A stretch of 64,000 nt of DNA from Bacteroidota bacterium (GTDB lineage Bacteria; Bacteroidota; Rhodothermia; Rhodothermales; JANQRZ01), in contig JBCDKT010000012.1 in NCBI GenBank assembly GCA_038746285.1, forward strand, positions 6,553 through 70,552, in the 5' to 3' direction. The position numbers were made by a program, and so were the translations under genes. This document shows, piece by piece, positions 38,684 to 45,547 of the stretch. Numbering within the stretch: the first letter of the stretch is position 1; each line of letters begins with the position of its first letter. Below the pieces are notes generated by a model. It did no database searches. It saw only the letters and a program-made list of their open reading frames with translations, and was not told where the DNA came from.

Positions 38684-39720
38684 GTGCCCTCGCCCCGCCA
38701 CCGCGCTTCGACGAGGCGCGCTTCGAGACCTACCGCCCGCAGAACGACGCGCAGGCCGCCGCCCTCGCCGGCGCGCAGCAGTTCGCCGAGCGCGTGCGCG
38801 AGCGCTACGACGGCCCGGCCTTCCTTCGGTGGCTGAAGCGCGACGCGTCGCTCCGAAGCGGCCTCTACCTCGTCGGGCCGGTCGGGACGGGCAAGACGCA
38901 CATGCTGGTCTCGATCTACCGGACGCTACACCCCGCCGTGCCGTGCGCCTTCCTCCACTCGTCGGCGCTGTTCCGGGCGACCGAGCCGCCGGAGGCCTAC
39001 GCACAGCGCCTCGCCGACGCCCACCGCGTCCTCCTGATCGATGAGATCGAGCTCGACGACCCGGCCAACGAGGTCCGGCTCATCAACGTCCTCAAAACCC
39101 TCGGCCGGCTCGGGGTGACCGTCGCGGCGACGAGCAACGCCGAGCCGGAGAAGTTCGTCTCGGCCGCGTTCGGGCGCGACCGGCTGGAGCGGTTCATCTC
39201 GGAGGAGTTCCGGCGGAGCTACCACGTCGTCTTCGTCCCGGGCGAGGACTTCCGGCGCGGCCTCGCGAAGCCGGGCAAAGCCTACGTCGGCCCGACGGAC
39301 GCCGCCGAAGCTGCGATGCGCCTCGACTTCGAGCGCGACGACCGGACGAAGCTCTGGCTCCACCGCGACGATCTGCTCCGCCGCACCGTTGACACCGAGC
39401 GCGCCGCTCTCACCGCCGACCTCACCGGGCACGACGCGCTCTACCTCGCCGACCTCCGCGTGGGCTCGACCGACGACGCCCTCCGCCTGCTCCGCGTGGT
39501 CGACGACCTCTACACCCACCCGTCGCCGCCCGTCCTCCACTTCACCGCCGAGGCTCTGCCCGAGCAGTGGTTCTCGGCCGACGGCGCGCGGGGCGTCGAG
39601 CAGGCCATTGCGGAGAAGTTCGAGCGCACCGTCTCGCGCCTCCACGCAATGTGCGACGTGCAGCGGGTCGGTGCTACTAGGAAAGGAGGAGCGGAGGAGC
39701 GGAAGAGCGGCAGGGTCTGA
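38680..39720 (+). CDS. zapE: ZapE/AFG1-like ATPase
   Basis: ATGA overlap with the transporter gene. Walker A GPVGTGKTHM and Walker B LLIDEIELDD. Only this part of ORF 37969..39720 is credible. Confidence 0.75.
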   Translation: MSALAPPPRFDEARFETYRPQNDAQAAALAGAQQFAERVRERYDGPAFLRWLKRDASLRSGLYLVGPVGTGKTHMLVSIYRTLHPAVPCAFLHSSALFRATEPPEAYAQRLADAHRVLLIDEIELDDPANEVRLINVLKTLGRLGVTVAATSNAEPEKFVSAAFGRDRLERFISEEFRRSYHVVFVPGEDFRRGLAKPGKAYVGPTDAAEAAMRLDFERDDRTKLWLHRDDLLRRTVDTERAALTADLTGHDALYLADLRVGSTDDALRLLRVVDDLYTHPSPPVLHFTAEALPEQWFSADGARGVEQAIAEKFERTVSRLHAMCDVQRVGATRKGGAEERKSGRV

Positions 39721-39760
39721 TCCTCACCGTCGAGCCTATCTTTCCCGCTTCCGCTCTTCC
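39701..39760. repeat. Hairpin of the GGAAGAGCGG / CCGCTCTTCC word family
   Basis: Perfect 10-bp stem GGAAGAGCGG (39701-39710, inside the zapE 3' end) / CCGCTCTTCC (39751-39760) with a 40-nt loop. Same words as 27510-27598. Confidence 0.55.
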
Positions 39761-39905
39761 CCGCTTCCGATCCTACCCTTGTCTTTCATCGACCTCCCGC
39801 CGTGGCTCGTCCCGACCGTGCTCGGCGTGGCGCAGGTGCTCGGCGTGCTGAGCGCGCTCGACGCGGTGATGAAGACGCCAGATACTCGACCCCTGGTTCC
39901 TGGGC

Positions 39906-40343
39906 TCACTCGGCGAAGTCGAGTGTGGTACCGTCGGGACCCTGCAGGAGCTTGAGGGTGCGGAGCTTCTGCATCATCGAGAGGGCGACTTCGAGTTTCT
40001 TTTCGAGGTTCTCCAGTTCCTGCCGCTCGGCCGAGGCGCGCTGCTCGCGGGCGTGGGCGAGACGCTCCTCGGCCTCGGCGTAGAGCCGTGTGATCTCGGC
40101 GAGCCGCACCTGGTTCTCGATCGACGGAGCCTTGAGCCGGGCCTCGACGTAGCCCTGCGCCGCGCCGAGCAGCTCGCCCATGATCTCGCGCGAGGACGGG
40201 TCGATCTGCGCGTGCGTCAGGCGCTCGACGACGTCGACAAGGGTCTGCTCCAGCTGCGCGAAGAGGGCGTCGAAGAGCGCGGGGTTGCGCCCGGCGAGGT
40301 CGATCTGCAGCGGCTCGCGCTTCGGGTCGAGAGCGTCAGCCAT
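39906..40343 (-). CDS. Coiled-coil protein, unknown function
   Basis: 145 aa, helical and acidic (LAEITRLYAEAEERLAHAREQRASAERQELENLEKKLE). The ATG overlaps the upstream stop (ATGGCTGA). Confidence 0.65.
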   Translation of the reverse strand: MADALDPKREPLQIDLAGRNPALFDALFAQLEQTLVDVVERLTHAQIDPSSREIMGELLGAAQGYVEARLKAPSIENQVRLAEITRLYAEAEERLAHAREQRASAERQELENLEKKLEVALSMMQKLRTLKLLQGPDGTTLDFAE

Positions 40344-40995
40344 CGCCGGTGCCCTCCGCGTCCCACGCCGGGACGCCGCTGTCGAGGATCACGAGGCCGT
40401 CGCCGCCGAGGGCGCGGTAGAGTTCGGAGAGGAGGGCGAGCACCTCGGCCACCTCTTCTTCCGTCGCGGTCTCGTCGAAGACGAGCGAGAGGCGGCGCCC
40501 GGCCGATGCGGCGCGGTCGCGGAGGTAGGGCGGCTCCGGCTCGCGCACGGCCGGCGGCTCCGGCGGCGCGAGGCCGTGGGCGCTCAGCACCCCGGCCGTG
40601 ACGGTCTCTGCCTGGACTCCGAAGGCGTCGCGCAGCACCGAGGCCGCCACACCGTCCTCGTCGCCTAGAACGGCGAGGAGCAGCCACTCCGGTCCGACGG
40701 TACCCTGGCCGTGCTCGGCCGCCGCGCGCTCGGCAGCAGCCAGCACGTCCTCCGCTTCCGCCGCGAGCGCCGGGTCGAGGTCGGCCGCACCCGGCCTGGC
40801 CGGCAGCGCGGCTTCGACCGCCCGGCGGAGGTGGCGGACGCTGACGCCGAGGCCCCGCAGCAGGCGGACCGGCAGCCCGCCCTCATGCAGCACGCCGAGG
40901 AGGAGGTGCTCCGGCGAGACCGTGTCGTGGCCGAGGCGCACGGCGTCGGCGCGGCTGCGCTGCAGCGCGTGACGGGCGCGGTCCGAGAGTCGCAT
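40336..40995 (-). CDS. Stand-alone Clp_N (ClpA/B N-domain) repeat protein with unknown C-terminal domain
   Basis: Two Clp_N repeats (LGHDTVSPEHLLLGVLHEG...; GQGTVGPEWLLLAVLGDEDGVAASVL), then ~70 aa that I cannot assign (RRLSLVFDETATEEEVAEVLALLSELYRALGGDGLVILD). Confidence 0.7.
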   Translation of the reverse strand: MRLSDRARHALQRSRADAVRLGHDTVSPEHLLLGVLHEGGLPVRLLRGLGVSVRHLRRAVEAALPARPGAADLDPALAAEAEDVLAAAERAAAEHGQGTVGPEWLLLAVLGDEDGVAASVLRDAFGVQAETVTAGVLSAHGLAPPEPPAVREPEPPYLRDRAASAGRRLSLVFDETATEEEVAEVLALLSELYRALGGDGLVILDSGVPAWDAEGTGDG

Positions 40996-41052
40996 CGTGT
41001 GGTGGAGGGTTCGTTCGTCTGGAGCGTACGGCCCCCACCTGTCAACCCCGTG

Positions 41053-41232
41053 TCAGAGGAGCCGAGCGAGCACCCACAGCGCGGGCAGCAGCATGAGTGC
41101 GACGAACAGCCACGCCATCGGCCCGAAGCCCGTGCGCGGCTCGGGAAACTCGTAGCCGCACAGCGGGCAGACGGCGGCCGCGGCGTCCACCGCCACCGCG
41201 CACGACGGGCACTCGCGCCGGCCGTCAGTCAT
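41053..41232 (-). CDS. 59-aa zinc-ribbon membrane micro-protein (not in ORF track)
   Basis: Hand translation: MTDGRRECPSCAVAVDAAAAVCPLCGYEFPEPRTGFGPMAWLFVALMLLPALWVLARLL*. It has CxxC-N14-CxxC plus a C-terminal TM helix and near-uniform G/C third positions. The ATG overlaps the upstream stop (ATGACTGA). Confidence 0.6.
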   Translation of the reverse strand: MTDGRRECPSCAVAVDAAAAVCPLCGYEFPEPRTGFGPMAWLFVALMLLPALWVLARLL

Positions 41233-41521
41233 CGCGCCGCGTGATCTGAATCTCGACCTCGCTCAGCTCGACCGGAATGCCCCACTCGCCCTCGCGCCGG
41301 TCCTCCTTGACGACGTAGCCCTCGAACTCGACCACCAGGCCGTCGCGCTCGAACACGTCCGGGAGGTTCGTCGGGCGAAAGCGCGTGCTGTCGTCGTGCG
41401 AGACGATGCCCCAGAACCCACCGTCCGCCTCGACGCGGACGACGGTCCCGACGTGCTCGATCTCGCCGATCTCGCACCCGGCGGCGGTGAGCAGGAGCAG
41501 GACGAGGGCAGTGCGCTTCAT
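41225..41521 (-). CDS. Small lipoprotein, unknown function
   Basis: MKRTALVLLLLTAAGCEIG (lipobox) with a beta-rich 80-aa body. Confidence 0.65.
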   Translation of the reverse strand: MKRTALVLLLLTAAGCEIGEIEHVGTVVRVEADGGFWGIVSHDDSTRFRPTNLPDVFERDGLVVEFEGYVVKEDRREGEWGIPVELSEVEIQITRRDD

Positions 41522-41648
41522 GGGGTAAGGCGGCGGGTGAGGGAAAAAGATAGGGCGCGTAGGGAAGGGAGAGCAGGGAGGGTTTGCTGCCCGTCGGACC
41601 TAGAGGGCTTCCCCGCCCTCCATTCCTCCCACGCCATACGTAACGCCT

Positions 41649-42770
41649 TCAGTCGACTCCGTGAATCCACCCGCCCATCACCACGTCGTCGCCGTCGTAG
41701 AGCACGACCGACTGCCCCGGCGCGATGGCCGTGCGTGGCTCGGCGAAGGCGATGCGGACCTCGTCGTCGCCGGTCTGCCACGCGAGCGCGGGCGCGCCGG
41801 CGTCGTTGTAGCGGATCTGGGCCGTGACCGGCTGCTCGTCGAAGAGGTCGGGGCGCTTGCCGAAGTTGAGCTGCCGCGCCGTGAGCGTCTGCCCGAGGAG
41901 CTGGTCGCGCGGCCCGACGGTGACCGTGTTGGTCGCGGCGTCGATGCGGGTGACGTAGGCCGGGTAGCCGAGCGGCAGGCCCAGCCCACGCCGCTGGCCG
42001 ACGGTGTAGAACGGGTACCCCTCGTGCTGCCCGACGACGGTCCCGTCGGCGAGGACGAAGTCGCCGCCGGCGACGGCGGCTTCGAGGCCGGGCGTGCGGC
42101 GCTTGAGGAAGCCCCGGTAGTCGTTGTCGGGGATGAAGCAGATCTCGTAGGAGTCCGGCTTGTCGGCGACGCGGTCGAGGCCGTATTCGCTCGCCATCTC
42201 GCGGATGCGGGGCTTGGTGTAGTTGCCGAGCGGGAAGAGGCTGCGGGCGAGGTGCTCCTGCGGCAGGCCCCAGAGGGCGTAGCTCTGGTCCTTGTTCCCG
42301 TCGAGCCCGCGCGAGGCGACGTGGCGGCCGAGCGCGTCGTCGCGGCGGACGCGGGCGTAGTGGCCGGTGGCGATGAAGTCGCAGCCGAGGTCGTCGGCGC
42401 GGCGGAGGAGGGCGGCCCACTTGATGTGGGTGTTGCAGAGCACGCACGGGTTGGGCGTCCGTCCGGCGAGGTATTCGCTCGTGAAGCGCTCGATGACCCA
42501 GTCGCCGAACTCCTCGCGGATGTCGACGATGAAGTGCGGGAAGTCCATCTTGAGCGCCACCGAGCGGGCGTCGTTCATCGACTCCAGCGAGCAGCAGCCG
42601 ACCTCCTTCTGCCCCGGCTTGCGCGGCCCGCTCGGCTCGCCGAGCGACCCCGCGTAGTCCCACGTCTTCATCGTGATGCCGACGACCTCGTACCCTCGGT
42701 CGCGCAGGAGGGCCGCCGTCACGGACGAGTCCACGCCGCCGCTCATCGCTACCAGTACGCGGTCGCTCAT
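41649..42770 (-). CDS. mnmA: tRNA 2-thiouridine(34) synthase
   Basis: Trimmed to ATG 42770. VLVAMSGGVDSSV (PP-loop), CCSLESMNDA and NPCVLCNTHIKW. Confidence 0.95.
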   Translation of the reverse strand: MSDRVLVAMSGGVDSSVTAALLRDRGYEVVGITMKTWDYAGSLGEPSGPRKPGQKEVGCCSLESMNDARSVALKMDFPHFIVDIREEFGDWVIERFTSEYLAGRTPNPCVLCNTHIKWAALLRRADDLGCDFIATGHYARVRRDDALGRHVASRGLDGNKDQSYALWGLPQEHLARSLFPLGNYTKPRIREMASEYGLDRVADKPDSYEICFIPDNDYRGFLKRRTPGLEAAVAGGDFVLADGTVVGQHEGYPFYTVGQRRGLGLPLGYPAYVTRIDAATNTVTVGPRDQLLGQTLTARQLNFGKRPDLFDEQPVTAQIRYNDAGAPALAWQTGDDEVRIAFAEPRTAIAPGQSVVLYDGDDVVMGGWIHGVD

Positions 42771-43034
42771 AGGTCGGGAAGTCGAGAGTCTGAGGGTCGG
42801 GGAGGGTCGGTCTGAGGCCGGTTCAACAAGGCCCCAAACGGGGCGTTCCGCCTCTGCGGATTCTTGAACGGACCGCTCCTGTTCGCCTCTGCTCGTGTGC
42901 TGCTTATGTCGTTTAGTGCCTGGCCTTGCTCCGGTTGGTGGCTGAGCGTCGCTCCGGCTCTTGCACGAAACTTCGCTTGCGGCCGGGGCGGGGTGGGCCG
43001 AAACTAAAGACAGACTTCCTAATCCGGCCCTCTC

Positions 43035-43430
43035 ATGCCCACCGTCTCCACCCGCCGCGAAATCATCTGCTCTCCGAACGCGCCGGCCGCCATCGGCCCG
43101 TACAGCCAGGCTATCCTGTCGGGCAATACGCTCTACTGTTCGGGGCAGATCGCGTTCGTGCCCGAGACGGGCGAGCTGCTCCACGGCGACATCGAGGCCG
43201 AGACGGCGCGGGTGCTGGACAACCTCGGGGCCGTGCTCCGGGCCGGGGGGATGACCTACGAGGACGTCGTCTCCTGCACGGTCTACCTGACCGACATCAA
43301 CGACTACGGGCAGGTCAACGAGGTCTACGCGCGCTACTTCAGCGAGTCGCCGCCGGCGCGGCAGGCCGTCGAGGTGTCAGCGCTCCCGCGCGGGGCCCGG
43401 GTCGAGATCGCCTGCACGGCCGTCCGGTAA
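43035..43430 (+). CDS. ridA: RidA/YjgF-family reactive-intermediate deaminase
   Basis: APAAIGPYSQAI...LYCSGQI...PARQAVEVSALPRGARVEI. Confidence 0.9.
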   Translation: MPTVSTRREIICSPNAPAAIGPYSQAILSGNTLYCSGQIAFVPETGELLHGDIEAETARVLDNLGAVLRAGGMTYEDVVSCTVYLTDINDYGQVNEVYARYFSESPPARQAVEVSALPRGARVEIACTAVR

Positions 43431-43437
43431 GCGGCGG

Positions 43438-43467
43438 CCGCTCGTCGCCTGAGACCGACCGTTCGTC
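43438..43467 (+). promoter_or_regulatory. Candidate LytTR operator: CCGCTCGTC-N12-CCGTTCGTC
   Basis: The two 9-mers start at 43438 and 43459, exactly 21 bp apart, ~85 nt upstream of the LytS-type kinase ATG. The second lies within ACCGTTCGTC. Confidence 0.45.
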
Positions 43468-43549
43468 GCCGGGGCGAACCGTCGGCGCGACCGGTGCCGA
43501 AGTTGTGGAGCCAGGCGCGATCTTAGGGAGCACGGCCCTACCTTCTGCC

Positions 43550-44647
43550 ATGCCCTCCGTCTCTCCACCCTCCCGCGCTCTTCTCCGCCGGCTCCGGCTG
43601 CCCGCAGCGATGGTAGTCGTCGGCGCGGCGTCAGGCGTCCTGGTGGCGTGGCTGGAGGACAAAGACCTGGGGCAGAGCATGGCCTACGGCGTCCTCTACG
43701 GCTGCGTGATGTGGACGTCGCTTCTCGTCGCGCGGCGGTGGCTCTACCGCCGGGTCCCCCTCCGGTCGTGGCAGCACGCGGCGCTCCACATCGCTGCGCT
43801 CACGACGACGGCGACGGCGACGTTTCTCTTGATCTACGGCCTCGACGCGCTTCTGTGCGCCCTCTTCGAGCCAGACCGGGCGCTCGACGGCGAGGGGCCG
43901 CGCCTCGTCTCCGTCGCCATCGTCGCGGGGCTGTTCGCCGTCCTCGTGAGCACGCTGATGTACGCCTTCGACTTCTACCGGCAGCTTCGCAACGCCGAGC
44001 AGGCCGCGCTGACCTCGGAGCTGAAGGCGCTCCGGGCGCAGATCAACCCGCATTTCCTCTTCAACACGCTCAACGCGATCGCGGCGCTCGTCCGCACGCG
44101 CCCGCGCGAGGCCGAGGGCGTGACCGAGCAGCTCGCCGAGCTCTTCCGCTACACCCTCCGCGCCTCGAAGCAGCCGACGGTCACGCTCGCCGATGAGGTC
44201 GAGGCAGCGCGGCTCTACGCCTCGATCGAGGAGACGCGCTTCGGCGACCGGCTCGTCGTCCTCGTCGAGGTACCCCCCAGCCTGCTCGGGGCGCAGGTGC
44301 CGAGCCTGATGCTCCAGCCGCTCGTCGAGAACGCCGTCAAGCACGGCTGCGCCCGCACCGAGGAGGCGTGCGCCGTCCAGGTCCGGGCTGAGCGGGCGGG
44401 CGACGCGGTGCACCTCACGGTCCGCGACACCGGCCCCGGCTTCGCCACGACCGACCCGGCGGTCGTCTTCGGGCGCGGCACGGGGCTGGCGAACGTCCGC
44501 GACCGGCTCGGCCTCCTCTTCGGCGAGGCCGCGACGCTGACCCTCCTCCCCGACGGCGTCGCGCTCCGCTTCCCCTTCCGCACGGCAGTGGCCGAGCCGC
44601 ACCCGGCCGGCCGGCCGGTGTGGGAGCGCCCTTCGGCCGAGGGCTGA
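43550..44647 (+). CDS. LytS/YehU-type sensor histidine kinase
   Basis: Trimmed to ATG 43550 because the upstream part overlaps ridA. About 4-5 TM helices, then LKALRAQINPHFLFNTLNAI (His_kinase PF06580 signature) and an ATPase domain. Confidence 0.85.
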   Translation: MPSVSPPSRALLRRLRLPAAMVVVGAASGVLVAWLEDKDLGQSMAYGVLYGCVMWTSLLVARRWLYRRVPLRSWQHAALHIAALTTTATATFLLIYGLDALLCALFEPDRALDGEGPRLVSVAIVAGLFAVLVSTLMYAFDFYRQLRNAEQAALTSELKALRAQINPHFLFNTLNAIAALVRTRPREAEGVTEQLAELFRYTLRASKQPTVTLADEVEAARLYASIEETRFGDRLVVLVEVPPSLLGAQVPSLMLQPLVENAVKHGCARTEEACAVQVRAERAGDAVHLTVRDTGPGFATTDPAVVFGRGTGLANVRDRLGLLFGEAATLTLLPDGVALRFPFRTAVAEPHPAGRPVWERPSAEG

Positions 44648-44653
44648 GCGGCC

Positions 44654-45409
44654 ATGCTGCGCGCGATCCTCGTGGACGACGAACCGCTCGCGCGCGAGCG
44701 CCTCCGCGCTCTCCTCGGCGAGGTCGGTCCCGAGGCCGGCGAAGTCGAGATCCTCGCCGAGGCCGGCAGTGGGAAAGAGGCCGTCCTCCGCACCCGCGAG
44801 CTGCAGCCCGACCTCCTCTTCCTCGACGTCCAGATGCCGGGCCTCGACGGCTTCGACGTGCTCGACCTCCTCGTGCCGCCGCGCCCGCACGTCGTCTTCG
44901 TAACGGCCTACGACGAGTACGCCCTCCGCGCCTTCGACGCGCACGCCCTCGACTACCTCACCAAGCCCGTCCGCCGCGAGCGCCTCGCCCGGTCGCTCCG
45001 CCGCGTCGCCGCGCTCGTCGCTGCCCGCGAGCCGGACCCCGCGCTCGACGCGCTTGGCGACGCGCGACGCGAGGTGCCCCTGGCGCACGTCGCGCTCCAG
45101 GCCGGGCGGCGGCTCCGCATCGTCGAGCCGGCCGAGGTGCGCTACTTCGAGGCGCAAGACAAAGTGGTCCTCGCGCACTTCGAAGGGAAGACGTATCCTG
45201 TGGACTTTACGCTCCAGGCGCTCGAAGAGCGGCTTGGCGGCGACCGGTTCCTCCGGGTTCACCGCGCCTTCCTCGTCAACGTCGCCGCCGTGCGCGAACT
45301 CGTACCGTGGTTTTCAGGGACGTACCGGCTCACGCTCGACGGAGGCGAGACGGTACCGCTGGCCCGCCGCCGGGTGCGCGACGTGAAGCGCATCCTGCGA
45401 GGCGCGTAG
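44654..45409 (+). CDS. LytTR-family response regulator
   Basis: Receiver domain (ILVDDEPLARE...LLFLDVQMPGLDG) plus a LytTR C-terminus (RYFEAQDKVVLAHFEGKTYPVDFTLQALEERL...FLRVHRAFLVN). Confidence 0.9.
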   Translation: MLRAILVDDEPLARERLRALLGEVGPEAGEVEILAEAGSGKEAVLRTRELQPDLLFLDVQMPGLDGFDVLDLLVPPRPHVVFVTAYDEYALRAFDAHALDYLTKPVRRERLARSLRRVAALVAAREPDPALDALGDARREVPLAHVALQAGRRLRIVEPAEVRYFEAQDKVVLAHFEGKTYPVDFTLQALEERLGGDRFLRVHRAFLVNVAAVRELVPWFSGTYRLTLDGGETVPLARRRVRDVKRILRGA

Positions 45410-45421
45410 CGCCCGGACTGA

Positions 45422-45471
45422 CCGTTCGTCGCGGCCCGCCAGCCGCTCGTCGGACCGAAGGTCCGCACGTC
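45422..45471 (+). promoter_or_regulatory. Candidate LytTR operator set: CCGTTCGTC / CCGCTCGTC / CCGCACGTC
   Basis: The 9-mers start at 45422, 45443 and 45463 (spacing 21 and 20 bp). They lie 13 nt after the LytTR gene stop and ~80-125 nt before the TonB-dependent receptor ATG. Confidence 0.45.
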
Positions 45472-45547
45472 GCCGGAGGCTTGGGAAGGAGCAGGAACTG
45501 GGAGAGATTGGGTACCGACACACTCTCTCACCCGACCTCGACCTGTC

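Noticed and set aside
42926-43549. N-terminal extension of the LytS-type kinase ORF.
   Set aside because: It overlaps ridA out of frame. The kinase has a sensible ATG at 43550 followed by TM helices.
43457-45432. The identical 13-mers GACCGTTCGTCGC flanking the lytS/lytT operon, considered as target-site duplications or ends of a mobile cassette.
   Set aside because: There are no terminal inverted repeats and no transposase or integrase, and composition equals the flanks. Exact 13-mer pairs are also expected by chance in 64 kb of GC-rich DNA. The phased 9-mer pairs and the LytTR consensus match make an operator interpretation more economical.
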